Positions 45,739 through 57,100 of a stretch of 64,000 bases of DNA are shown here, one piece after another (the first letter of the stretch is position 1; every line of letters starts with the position of its first letter). The notes beneath the pieces are model-generated. The model saw only the letters and a list, made by a program, of their open reading frames with translations. It was not told the origin of the DNA and did not search any database. The stretch is from IMG/VR virus record IMGVR_UViG_3300025889_000073, positions 32,001 to 96,000 of that record; one strand, given 5' to 3'. Made by a program: the position numbers and the translations under genes. Source of the DNA: a virus.

Positions 45739-46602
45739 ATGAGTACAGAAAACCCAGCATTTACTTGGTGGACAGGCTTTGTAGAAAATAGACAAGACCC
45801 TTTAAAAATGGGTCGTTGTCAGGTTAGGTGCGTTGGTTGGCATTCCGAAAACAAATCAGAATTACCAACAGTTAATTTGCCTTGGGCAACACCATTATTA
45901 CCAATAAACAATCCAACACCTTATTCACCAAAAGAGGGTGATATGGTTTTTGGTTTCTTTACTGATGGTGAAAATGCCCAACAACCAGTTATGATGGGAA
46001 TATTTCCTAGAATTCCTTTGAAAGAAGGCAATCCTAACGAAGCATTCCAGGACCCAAGAACATCTGGAGAATTGTCATCAGCCCCAGTCAAGCCAAACGA
46101 GTCTCCAACGAATTACCCAAGGCGTCTTGATGAACCGACTACATCACGCTTGGCAAGAAACGAGGAGATTACGGATTCGATTGTTTCCTTAAAGAAAGAA
46201 AAGAAACTTGGTAAAGTAGAACCGGACCCTTATTATTCGGCACAATACCCATATAACAATGTATATGAATCCGAATCTGGCCACGCTTTGGAGTTTGATG
46301 ATACTCCAAATGCCGAAAGAATTCATTTATATCACAGGTCGGGTTCATACATTGAAATGGCCGCAAACGGTGACAGAACGGAAAGAATACAAAGAGATAA
46401 ATTCGAAGTTGTTGTCGGTAACGAACAAGTATATGTTAAAGGTGATGTAACTGTTTATGTTGATGGAAATGTTAATATGGATATTGGAGGTAATGCTAGT
46501 ATGAAAGTTGGAGGAAATTTTAATGCAAATATTGGAGGAACTTGTGATATTACTTCTGGTGGAAATATGAAACTTAAAGCTCCTAGGATAGATTTGAATT
46601 GA
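45739..46602 (+). CDS. 5: baseplate central spike gp5 (no lysozyme domain)
   Basis: VENRQDPLKMGR..VR..G.H, GFFTDG, YPYNNV..SESGH, beta-helix repeats. Confidence 0.9.
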   Translation: MSTENPAFTWWTGFVENRQDPLKMGRCQVRCVGWHSENKSELPTVNLPWATPLLPINNPTPYSPKEGDMVFGFFTDGENAQQPVMMGIFPRIPLKEGNPNEAFQDPRTSGELSSAPVKPNESPTNYPRRLDEPTTSRLARNEEITDSIVSLKKEKKLGKVEPDPYYSAQYPYNNVYESESGHALEFDDTPNAERIHLYHRSGSYIEMAANGDRTERIQRDKFEVVVGNEQVYVKGDVTVYVDGNVNMDIGGNASMKVGGNFNANIGGTCDITSGGNMKLKAPRIDLN

Positions 46603-46603
46603 T

Positions 46604-46900
46604 ATGCCAGCAGTCGTTAGAGTTGGTAGTGATACGCACATAGGCCACGCATCACCGACACCAAATCCTTTTCACAAAACAGCCTATGCATCAGGTTCTT
46701 CTGATGTTTTCACAAATAGTAAATCAACAGTAAGAGTTGGAGATGTAACTGGTTGTGGTGACCCAGCAACATCAGGTTCACCTACTGTTTATGTAAATGG
46801 TATACCCGTTCATAGAAAAGGCGATTCTACTGGAGGACATGGCTCTTGGCCAGGCAATGCTGCATCATCTGGCTCAGGAAATGTATTTGCAAATGGCTAA
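46604..46900 (+). CDS. PAAR spike-tip protein (gp5.4-like)
   Basis: MPAVVRVG, GSxxVFxNG repeats, His/Cys ligands. Confidence 0.9.
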   Translation: MPAVVRVGSDTHIGHASPTPNPFHKTAYASGSSDVFTNSKSTVRVGDVTGCGDPATSGSPTVYVNGIPVHRKGDSTGGHGSWPGNAASSGSGNVFANG

Positions 46901-47828
46901 ACCAGATTATTTTCAAATATCGACCCACTTAGAAGGTTTAAAAAATATAGTTTTACCTTCTTATTATGCGGGAAATGTTAATAGTGTTAATGGATGGTCA
47001 AATGTTATTACTTGGTCAAATACTTATGGTGAAATTCCTTATAATTTTATATATGTCCAAACCACTTATGGAGGAGTTAGAAACCACGGTACCGGTAGTG
47101 GCAGCCAAACCGACGCCGTTGCCTCGGAGCCAGGTTCAACCAGATATTTTAAATTTGGAGATAGTGGTCTTGATAGATATATTACTTTTAATGCTTATGA
47201 TTATATTGATACAATCAAATATTATTTTATTGCTGGTGATAGTTCCAATGGCTTGGAAAAGCCTGACGCCGGTGAAAATATAGTTATTGAAGTGAGTGCT
47301 GATGGCGGTGTTAATTGGACTATAGCAAATACAATTTATGATACTACCTTGATGACATCCTGGACTGAAGTTACTGATGTTATATCTGTTAGTGTTACTC
47401 CAACAGTTGGAATGAATGTTAGGTTTAGACAAGTTAATTCAAGTGGCAACAACTTTGACTGTTATGGTTTAGATAATGTTAGGTTCTATTCTAATGGAAC
47501 TGAAATTATGATGCAGAATTTTGAACCAGAATTTGGTTGGACGAATGTTATTACTGGATCGACGGAAATTTCTATTTCTGTAAATAATGAAATAAAAATT
47601 CAAGAAACAAACGATTATATAAATTCAAATTTAATATTGCTTTACACTTTTACTGAAGAATTGACTGATGAAGAAAGAGGACTTTTTGATTATGTTTCTC
47701 CCGATTATGTTTCTGTTAATCCTGGCACAGGAACAGATATTTACATTTCCGATGAATACTATCCTTTTGACAATACGGTTAAAGCAAATAGCTATGTTGG
47801 AGTATATTATGATGAGAGGACATTCTAA
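46893..47828 (+). CDS. virion protein with Reelin-like / Asp-box module
   Basis: SADGGVNW, VRFRQ...YGLDNV. Confidence 0.6.
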   Translation: MAKPDYFQISTHLEGLKNIVLPSYYAGNVNSVNGWSNVITWSNTYGEIPYNFIYVQTTYGGVRNHGTGSGSQTDAVASEPGSTRYFKFGDSGLDRYITFNAYDYIDTIKYYFIAGDSSNGLEKPDAGENIVIEVSADGGVNWTIANTIYDTTLMTSWTEVTDVISVSVTPTVGMNVRFRQVNSSGNNFDCYGLDNVRFYSNGTEIMMQNFEPEFGWTNVITGSTEISISVNNEIKIQETNDYINSNLILLYTFTEELTDEERGLFDYVSPDYVSVNPGTGTDIYISDEYYPFDNTVKANSYVGVYYDERTF

Positions 47829-50165
47829 ATGACAATAACATTTAGAAAAGATAAAAAATATCCTTTAACTTATCCAGAAATGGATGAGAATTTTCGTGAT
47901 TTATTGGAAGATACAGACCTACAGAGAGTTACTGAAAATGGCGCCGAGGCTAATATTGGATTTTCAGCAAATAATGTTGTTGTAAGTAATACTGTTATTA
48001 GATATGGAGCAGATTATTATACAGACACATTTTCAATTTCGGAACTACGTTCTGATAATGATATAATAGAACTTGTTGATGATAAGATAAGAGGTACACA
48101 ACAAGGTCAAATTGCTGCAAACGGTTCTGTTATACAAACAGTTTACACCAATATTAATGATATAACACAACAATTGAATTCTTCTGAAATTTTAATAGAA
48201 TCTTTTAACACATCAATATCTCAAAAAAATTTTTTGAGCCGTTATAAAAGTAAAATAAAGGTTGAAATTGATTTAAAATATGAACCTTCTAATTTTGATT
48301 TAAGTTTTCCATATGTAATAATTGTTACCAGAAATGGAAAAGAGGTTTATCGTTCAACACAAAAAATTATTCATACGACAAACATCAATAATTCTCCACC
48401 TATAGTTCCTTCAGTATATAATGAAAAAATATTATTTGATGATTTTATTAATCAGAGAACTGAAAAATGTGATTATAAATTATATTTCAAATTTGAATTT
48501 GATGGCGCATCTGACACTATTTTTACTAACCAAGATTTGATTACGGACATTTCAGCATCCACTAGAATTTGGGATGATATAGAATATGGAGAAAATGTAC
48601 ATATTATAAGAGCTGGAAAACTTTATGGATGGGGTAATAATCATTATGGTCAATTGGGTACAGACGATACTATTTACAGGTCTCTACCAACACAGATAGG
48701 GACGGATACAAATTGGGAAAAAATTGATACAAATGGAATGGCTTCTTTTGGACTTAAAACTGATGGTACAATATGGGTTTGGGGAGCTACTGGTGTTGTT
48801 TCTGGAAATGTTTCTTCTCCTGTTCAAGTTGGAACAGAAACCGATTGGCACATTATAGAGATGACAAAAAGGCCTTACCAATTTGCAGATAATGAAAAAA
48901 ACAGTTTCTTCTGTATTCGTGAGTCTGATGGAAAGCTTTTTAGTTTTGGATCCAATTTAAACGGAATATTAGGAACTAATGATACTGTCGATAGGTCATT
49001 ACCCACACAAATTGGTCCCACTGGTTCATCGGATTGGTGTCGCCAGATTGAAGCTATAAACGGCACCAACATTTTGGCCTGGAAACCAGCAGCTGCCGCA
49101 ACAATTTGGAGTAGGAATATTAGTAATATTCCCAATGATTCAAATTCTGATCTATATTACTCTGCTTGGAACGGTTCTTTTAGTCTCTTTGCTTGGGGAA
49201 ATAATAAAAGTTCTAAATTTTATCCTTATGTTAGTTCAACTTGGCCAATCGATAGTTATAAAAGTTCTCCGGTAAATGTGGGAAGTGGTTTTGTCGATAC
49301 TTCTCTTTTTCAAATAGATTATGCTGTGAATGACCCAGACGGCAGCGGACCTCTTAGACTTAGTAGACACAATAAATCTTTTTCTATTAGTGATAATTAT
49401 TCTTTATTTTTAAGGAAAGCAAGAAGATTTGACCTTTATAATATACCTTATGGTTATTATATGGAGCCCCATTTTCAAGGAGATAACTCTTTAGAACAAG
49501 TTGTTGCATATTCATCTCGGGAAATAAGCTACTGGGACGCAGATTTATTAGAAAATAATGGCACGAATGGATATAGTTCTCCTGTAAATATTGGTTCACA
49601 TTGGTTTATAACTGATTTTGATGATTATTTTGGTTATGATGCTGACATCGGTGAAGCAGTTCATAAAATAGAAGATGCTACTGTTGGGTTTTTAAGTGTA
49701 CATTCTACACTTGCAAATTCTTTTGTACTTTCTGAAAACAATCATTTATATCCTTTAGGTACATCTGGTGGAATTCAATTTGGGTGTACCGGCCGAGGAC
49801 TATCCGAAGAAAATTACTCATTATTTCAAAACACAAAAAAAGTTTCATTTGATGATTTTTTTATGAACGAAAAAATAGAAAAAGTTGAATGTAATTCACA
49901 ACAAGTGGAAGTTTTGATACTAACAAATTTGGGAAATATATATGGTTTTGGTCACTTCAATAAACACTTATGGAAAGACGTTTATGAACTTTCTTCAGGA
50001 AAAACTTGGCCACAAACTCTTAATGGTGAAATATTGGAAGATGAGGAGTATCCTAAGTTTAATAAACCTGAATTAATACTTAGTAGATTTACTTCTGTTA
50101 ATGCTGATGAACCATCAATAACATTTAAACACAGTTCTATAACACTAATGGAAACAGTATATTAA
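47829..50165 (+). CDS. fibre-like protein with RCC1/BLIP-II repeats
   Basis: LTxxEMDENF anchor; GWGNNHYGQLGT, LKTDGTIWVWG. Confidence 0.75.
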   Translation: MTITFRKDKKYPLTYPEMDENFRDLLEDTDLQRVTENGAEANIGFSANNVVVSNTVIRYGADYYTDTFSISELRSDNDIIELVDDKIRGTQQGQIAANGSVIQTVYTNINDITQQLNSSEILIESFNTSISQKNFLSRYKSKIKVEIDLKYEPSNFDLSFPYVIIVTRNGKEVYRSTQKIIHTTNINNSPPIVPSVYNEKILFDDFINQRTEKCDYKLYFKFEFDGASDTIFTNQDLITDISASTRIWDDIEYGENVHIIRAGKLYGWGNNHYGQLGTDDTIYRSLPTQIGTDTNWEKIDTNGMASFGLKTDGTIWVWGATGVVSGNVSSPVQVGTETDWHIIEMTKRPYQFADNEKNSFFCIRESDGKLFSFGSNLNGILGTNDTVDRSLPTQIGPTGSSDWCRQIEAINGTNILAWKPAAAATIWSRNISNIPNDSNSDLYYSAWNGSFSLFAWGNNKSSKFYPYVSSTWPIDSYKSSPVNVGSGFVDTSLFQIDYAVNDPDGSGPLRLSRHNKSFSISDNYSLFLRKARRFDLYNIPYGYYMEPHFQGDNSLEQVVAYSSREISYWDADLLENNGTNGYSSPVNIGSHWFITDFDDYFGYDADIGEAVHKIEDATVGFLSVHSTLANSFVLSENNHLYPLGTSGGIQFGCTGRGLSEENYSLFQNTKKVSFDDFFMNEKIEKVECNSQQVEVLILTNLGNIYGFGHFNKHLWKDVYELSSGKTWPQTLNGEILEDEEYPKFNKPELILSRFTSVNADEPSITFKHSSITLMETVY

Positions 50166-50166
50166 T

Positions 50167-53100
50167 ATGTCTATTACATACAGAGGAAATAAATTTAAAG
50201 CTCTAACACATGAAGAGCTCGATGAAAATTTTCGAGATTTGAGATATGATACTGATTTGCATAGAGTTACAAATTCTGGAAACACAACAAATGTTTCTAT
50301 AACAGTAGAATCTATTACTGCAAACACAATTACAACAACAAACACTATAATACAAGAATTGTCTTTGTTGGCCACAGACGAATTGATTTTTGCTGACGTA
50401 GACCCAAATTATTTAAAAAAATCGATTGAGATTTCTGAAAATGTTAAAATAGTTGGCCAAGAAGGTTCAATCTATGCTCCGGGAAATATTATTCAAGTCA
50501 AACAGAAAATTTATGATAAACCTTCAAGATATTATTTTGACCCAACATCCACTTACTCCTCAGATTTTCTTGGTTGGGACAAATCTAAGAGCTATCCATA
50601 TTCAGAGGTTTTTAATGACGGTGTATTAAGTTTCACTCCACATTCCACAGACTCAAATAATACTGTACAAGTAAATCTTTGTTTAAGTTATTCATTGGAT
50701 AGTAAAAAAACGTCGTATTCTGGAGAAATTGATATTGAATTATGGGATTATCCCGACTATGTGTCTGGTACTTATAAATTTATTACACATTTAGCTACAA
50801 TAAAATCTGGAACAATTTCTACCGATCCAAACAATGTTTGTGGAAATACTTTACAATCTTTAAATTTAGTATATCTCGATGAAAATATATCAAACACTAG
50901 AAATTATGTAATTAGATTTAAACCGCCCACGAGTTTTTCTCCTAATACCACCTTTCTCAATATAAATCAAACCACTCAGATGTATTATGCTTCAAACACT
51001 TTTGTTGAAACATCAAATGTGGCGGTTACAACGAGAACATGGGAACCTTACGTTGAAAGTATAGTTGGTGATGAAGAACTTATTACCAATTTTAATGATG
51101 GTAATAACCAATTAGATGTTGCTAATACCGAATCAACCACTTGGGCTTTTGAACGTGGCACAGCAAATACGCAAAGATTTGGGCCTAATTATTACACACC
51201 AGATTTTGGTGAATATGTAATTAATGGACATCCAGGAACAAAATTTGATGTGATAATGTATGACGATTTCAACGAGCCTACAATTAACACCATAAAATGG
51301 AATAGTTCATCAACAATCAATTTGGTTTCCGCAAATACTGGTGTTAGTGCAACAGGAAATACCGAAGGCTTAAGAGTTCCTGATATTAAAGCCACAAATG
51401 AAATTGTTTTATCTGTGAACGATTATTCAGATGGCCAAAATTTAATTTCACAAAGTTCTACAGATTGGGATATAGCAAATTGTAATTCTGAAATTTTTGT
51501 TTGTGAATTGGATGACGTTAATTTAGCTTTTTCTAGAAAACTTTATCCTCCGATGCAGTTTTTACCTGGTTATACTGATACATCAATACCAGCTGGTTAT
51601 AATCAAGAAGAAGAATGTTTGGCTTATGTTAATAATCGTTGGACTTTTCCAAAAAATCCTAAATCTTCAAACAACGCAATTGTTTTCCCCGGCGGCTGGG
51701 ATAATAGACTTGATAGAAAAATAGAGTTATATTCTAAATTTTTAGATTTAACTAATTATACACATATTAGTTTTTATATGATAAGAGGAACTGCTGGAAA
51801 TGGTTATTATAGGACTCGTTATTCTGGCGGTGTCACTCCATATATGCAATTAGATTTTCGAACTGCAAACAAATCTTCGTTAGGCTCGCCAGAACCTTTT
51901 ACTGGAAGTACCGGCATTTATACAAGCCGTGACGAAAAATCATTGTCAATTTCCAGTAGCAATTATGGATTACAATACTTAAATCAAAATAATATGTTTG
52001 AATGGGAAAAATATCATTTGGAAATTCCAGCAGCAGCAAGAGTTAACAATATGAGAATACATTTTGCATTTTATTACAATGATTTTTGGTTTGCTATACA
52101 AGATTTAACAGTATACAATGAAGCAAATTTAGATTCAAGCTCTTGTTACTATCTAAAAACTGACGAAAATAATTATGGAACTTGTGTTTTGGAAAGTAAT
52201 AATATAGATTTGTCAAACACATATGGTTTAACTTATTATTTTGCTTATGGAACCGATACTAATGGTGGCCGAGAGTTGAATAATAGAGGTTGTAGTGTAA
52301 TAAACTCAGAAACAATATATGATGATTTTGAAACAGGTACATTAAATTCTTCTTTGTGGGACACAGCTAATAGTGAAGGTTTTTTTGTAGCTTCTTCTGG
52401 TACAGGAACTGGAACAGGAGGGTTTATAAGTCCTTATGGAAATTATTATTTAAATACAACTGTTTGTCCAACTGGCCGCAATTACAGACTTTTGATAAGT
52501 AAACCATTAGATTTAACAAGTTACACACATTTTGGTTACACATCTATTAAAGGAAACAACACCAACGGCGGCACCACAACAACCTTTACGCATTATGCGA
52601 CATTATTAGATGAGAGATTAGACGGCCATTATAGAGGTTCCGGCTATACATATTCAAACTTTACTCAAGCCGGTGTTTGTACTACCGGCGAATCATCTAG
52701 TATAGACACATCTTATACGATTGATGACCATTTGTTCAGACAGCCTATTGGAGACGAATCGGAATATGATGGTAACATATTAGAAGCCGACAAAACGGTC
52801 GTTTGGGGTAAATCTTTGTATTTGATTCCTGAAAGTTGGAGAAAAAGTAATGTTGTTTTAATTATAGAGGTATATGACGGTAATAACGACGACGGATATT
52901 ATGCATTTGATAATATATTTTTCACCAATGATGTAACTCCATCAGCCAACATTCAAATAGAAATAGTGAATGATAATGAAACATGGAATTCAAGTAATAT
53001 TAATTTATCAACTTGGTTGCCTTTTTATTCTCATTTTGAGAATGACCCTACATACGGAACAAATCCGAACTATGTAATACCTAGATTGAGACAAACAACT

Positions 53101-54132
53101 TATAATTGGACACAGGAAAGACTTTACATACCTCCAAATTATCGAAAAGAAAACTCAAAACTTAGAATAAAGGTCCATAACGCTACAGGCGACATAGGAT
53201 TAAAAGATTTAAGATTTTATCAATTTGAAAAAAGCAATTCAAATTATTATTTACCTTTCTATAATCAGAATATTTTTTACGACCCTCAGCCGCCAAGCAG
53301 TGAGGGTTATGCAGCTTATGTTGTAGAAATACCTAAAATACTAACCAAATCTTTTTTCTCTCCAAACTTATCAAAAATCAAATTTGATGTTTTCACAGGA
53401 GGTGTTGGCGGCCGCCAATCGAACCAGATGGACAATTATTCATATATTATAAGGGCCACGGACAACCAGCGTTCATCACGTTATATATATTCACAATGGA
53501 AAACAACACCCAATACTCCACCTATGGAAAATTGGTTTTCTTCTCGACATTCGAACTTTATGTATGACTCAAAAATTAATTATTACAACGGTCTTTCACC
53601 GTCCGACACCTATCTAACTGGCACTTCATTTTATTTAAATGTCAAAATACATTATTCGATGACTGGAAATGATGGGGATTGGTTTGTTCATGATATTGGT
53701 TCAAAAGAAATTGTAAGAGGTGACAACCCTCAATACGGGTATTATGCTAATTATAAAAGATTGGCTACTTCTTTAGGACAACAAATAGAAATTGAAATTC
53801 CTGGTGATGCAGCACAATCTAATTATAAAAAACTCGAAATGTGGATTACTGCTAGTTATGACTACTCATCATACGCCACATATGAAGGAAAACGAATAAC
53901 AACATTATCTTACGAAGGTGACCCAGAAAGTCAAACTGACCCAGATATAGCTCATAAATTTTTACCTAGAGCAACTGTTGCTATAACTAAAGTGGTTGGA
54001 TTTGATGGTAACATAATGAATCAGCCAATTGATATTACGGAATATGTTGTTGAAGGATATACAGTTTTTAATGATACGAATCAATCAAATCCACAATCAT
54101 CTTTGACTGCATTTGAAATCGTTAAGGACTGA
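50167..54132 (+). CDS. fibre-like protein with tandem Reelin-like beta-sandwich modules
   Basis: LTHEELDENF anchor; repeated LDLT..G..NGG...IP..R. Confidence 0.7.
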   Translation: MSITYRGNKFKALTHEELDENFRDLRYDTDLHRVTNSGNTTNVSITVESITANTITTTNTIIQELSLLATDELIFADVDPNYLKKSIEISENVKIVGQEGSIYAPGNIIQVKQKIYDKPSRYYFDPTSTYSSDFLGWDKSKSYPYSEVFNDGVLSFTPHSTDSNNTVQVNLCLSYSLDSKKTSYSGEIDIELWDYPDYVSGTYKFITHLATIKSGTISTDPNNVCGNTLQSLNLVYLDENISNTRNYVIRFKPPTSFSPNTTFLNINQTTQMYYASNTFVETSNVAVTTRTWEPYVESIVGDEELITNFNDGNNQLDVANTESTTWAFERGTANTQRFGPNYYTPDFGEYVINGHPGTKFDVIMYDDFNEPTINTIKWNSSSTINLVSANTGVSATGNTEGLRVPDIKATNEIVLSVNDYSDGQNLISQSSTDWDIANCNSEIFVCELDDVNLAFSRKLYPPMQFLPGYTDTSIPAGYNQEEECLAYVNNRWTFPKNPKSSNNAIVFPGGWDNRLDRKIELYSKFLDLTNYTHISFYMIRGTAGNGYYRTRYSGGVTPYMQLDFRTANKSSLGSPEPFTGSTGIYTSRDEKSLSISSSNYGLQYLNQNNMFEWEKYHLEIPAAARVNNMRIHFAFYYNDFWFAIQDLTVYNEANLDSSSCYYLKTDENNYGTCVLESNNIDLSNTYGLTYYFAYGTDTNGGRELNNRGCSVINSETIYDDFETGTLNSSLWDTANSEGFFVASSGTGTGTGGFISPYGNYYLNTTVCPTGRNYRLLISKPLDLTSYTHFGYTSIKGNNTNGGTTTTFTHYATLLDERLDGHYRGSGYTYSNFTQAGVCTTGESSSIDTSYTIDDHLFRQPIGDESEYDGNILEADKTVVWGKSLYLIPESWRKSNVVLIIEVYDGNNDDGYYAFDNIFFTNDVTPSANIQIEIVNDNETWNSSNINLSTWLPFYSHFENDPTYGTNPNYVIPRLRQTTYNWTQERLYIPPNYRKENSKLRIKVHNATGDIGLKDLRFYQFEKSNSNYYLPFYNQNIFYDPQPPSSEGYAAYVVEIPKILTKSFFSPNLSKIKFDVFTGGVGGRQSNQMDNYSYIIRATDNQRSSRYIYSQWKTTPNTPPMENWFSSRHSNFMYDSKINYYNGLSPSDTYLTGTSFYLNVKIHYSMTGNDGDWFVHDIGSKEIVRGDNPQYGYYANYKRLATSLGQQIEIEIPGDAAQSNYKKLEMWITASYDYSSYATYEGKRITTLSYEGDPESQTDPDIAHKFLPRATVAITKVVGFDGNIMNQPIDITEYVVEGYTVFNDTNQSNPQSSLTAFEIVKD

Positions 54133-54133
54133 C

Positions 54134-54141
54134 TATAAATA
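54134..54141 (+). promoter_or_regulatory. T4-type late promoter
   Basis: perfect TATAAATA 6 nt before the ATG. Confidence 0.75.
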
Positions 54142-54147
54142 AATTTT

Positions 54148-57100
54148 ATGGTAACCAGAAGAAATACTAAAAATTCTCCACTAACTCACGAAGAACTCGA
54201 TGAAAATTTTCGAGAGCTTAGGTATGACACATCTTTACAAAGAGTTTTAGAAAATGGAAATACAACAAGTAATTCTATAGAATTGGAGAATCTTTCTGGT
54301 ATAACAAATGCAGAATTATATACAACACAAACAAACACTTTTAACGCAATAATAATTTCCCAAAATACATACACTACTTTACCAACAGCAAATGTAGATG
54401 AAGTGTTTGCTGGAACCGACCACTCCTATTTAATTGATGAGGTAGGAACTGTATATCAATTTGGAGATTTTAGGAATCAAGCAATAACATATGAGGGATT
54501 TGTTAATCCACAAGAAATATATACTGAAACTATTACAACAGAAATTTCTGCTGGAACAAAAGATATTATTGAAACTATTACTGATGGAATCTTTTATTTT
54601 AGTAGTGGAACAGGAACAGGACCAAATGGAGGTTTTAAAACACAAGATAATTTGAAATACTTATCTTTTACAGGTTCTTCTGATTCATTTGCTCCAGGAA
54701 ATACTAGAGTTTTAACGTCAAAAACATTAGACTTAACAACTTCAACTTTTGTCACAATAAATGCTATAAAAGGAAGTTTAGATAACGGCGGCCATGGAAA
54801 TTATTGGAATACTGTGCTTCCAGTTCTTATTGATGAACTTACTGATTTTCGTAACGAATCTTTAGATAACTTTGAATTGTTTTTACAATTTAGTGATGAT
54901 GATGGTTCATCTTGGACATATTCCGAAAAAATTAATGTAAACTTTGATTGGGATGACCATACAGTTTTTATACCAGAAAGGTATAAAACATCTCAATCAA
55001 AAATTAGAATAATACAAGCTCATATACTAAATCAATATTATCAACATTCTTTTTATAGAGACGTTAGTTTTAATTCTTTATATTATTTTTCAGATGGTTA
55101 TTACAAATACTTTCCGGAAAATGTTGGTAATCAATGGACAGAAGTTCCTTCTTTTGGTGTAAAATCAATTAAAATTTATGAAAATATTTCTAAGGGATAT
55201 TTAACATTTAGTGATAATGTTTTTTCTTACAAAAAAACTAAGATTGGCAATGGCTTTACTGTAGCTTTGAGAAGTGATGGTTTGGTGTTTTATTGGGGAG
55301 ATTTGTATCCAGTAACTCTAAATTCAAACACCTTAGTTGAACCTACACAATTACCCATAAATGGTTCATATGATAAAAAATTCATAGACCTTGCTGTTGG
55401 CAACGAATCAATATATTTAATTGATGAAAATAAACATTTGTGGGTTTTAGGAAACAATGATTTTGGTCAATTAGGTATTAATAATACGACACATCAATCC
55501 AATGAATTTATTGAACTCGATGGTATATGGGATAGTATCTATGCTTCAAGAAATTTTGTTTTTGGTATTAGAGATAAAGAATACACACTTTGGTCTTGGG
55601 GTCAAAATGATTGGGGGCAATTAGGAACAGGAAATAGATTGAATGTTTCTTCACCCGTTTTGATTAATGGTCCGAGAGAATGGGATAAAGTTTTTTTGGG
55701 ATATGATTCTTCTTATGCTAAGGAAAAAAATGGAACATTGTGGTTCTTTGGAAATGACACAAAAACTAAAAGTGGTATAACAACAGAATCTTTAAACGCT
55801 CAATATAGAATAAATGATGATAGGAAAAAAAATGAGGGATTAAAAAAAGTTGTAAGTACAAATGATGAACACTCTTTTGGTATTTCAAATAATAATATTT
55901 TATATAGATTGACAACTAGAGATGCGAATACATCAGGTATAAGAAACAAATCAACAATATTCACCACTAATAATTATGAAGATTATGACCAATTCCCTTG
56001 GCAAGTCTATGACAACAAACAATACATAGAACTTTTTGATGGGCACCAGCCTACTAGAAGGGAATGGATAGTTGACTATTACTTGAGTACTTTAGGTAAT
56101 AGTGATTGTTATCCTGAGTATGTTAATTATGCGATTGATATTGATAAAAAACTTTATGCTATAGAATCACACTATTCAAATGCTAGAGCGGGAATAATAA
56201 CATCTCCAATTGGTCTTAACTGGAATGAATATTTTTCAACACCAGTTCAAGTTACCTCTCCAGGAAGTGATTTGTGGAAAACAGGTACTGTTGGTAATTG
56301 GACTAATTTTGGTATTAAAGATGACGGAACTCTTTGGACATGGGGAAAGTCAGCAGCTTATTATAACAATTTTGGTGACCCCGAACATATATGGAATGGT
56401 CCCGAACCAATAAGTTCCTTCAGTAATTATAGAGTTCGCTTTGCTTATATTTCTTCACCCGTTTTAATTGATTCGGGAAATTGGAAAAGTATTTTTACAG
56501 GACACCACAGATATAATAATGAAAATTTAGGATACAGTAGACATTTTTATGGAGCACAAACAACTTTAGCTATTAAAGAAGATGATAAAACACTTTGGGG
56601 TTGGGGAAGAAATAGAATAAATGCTTTATTTCAATCAAATGACCCGATTATAATTAAAGATATATCTCAGACCAACAAAATAATTGCCGTTGATTCTTGG
56701 GGTACGGCTGGGGCTGCAAACACCGGGATTAACGGGGGACCTTATAACAATACAGCTCCTTCACTTTGGTCTAGTTGGGACAGAGGAGGTTTTGTTATAG
56801 ATTCCAAGAAAAAGTTGTTTGGTTGGGGTGCTGGTCATAAAATTACTCCTTCTGAACCGATTGGAGCTCCAGGCGCATTATTTTTTGTTGTGGACCAACA
56901 GTACGCCAGACAAATTGAGGAATATGATTGGATTGATTTTATGGCTTCCGGTTCTGAACAAATCAATACTTCATTTCCACAACAACAAGCAATTGCTACG
57001 AGTACAGGCACTTATTTAGGATATAAAGGTCAAGGTCTAAGATTAGGAATCACAGCTGAAGGTGAAATGTATGGTTGGGGTTACAATTTATATGGCGGAG

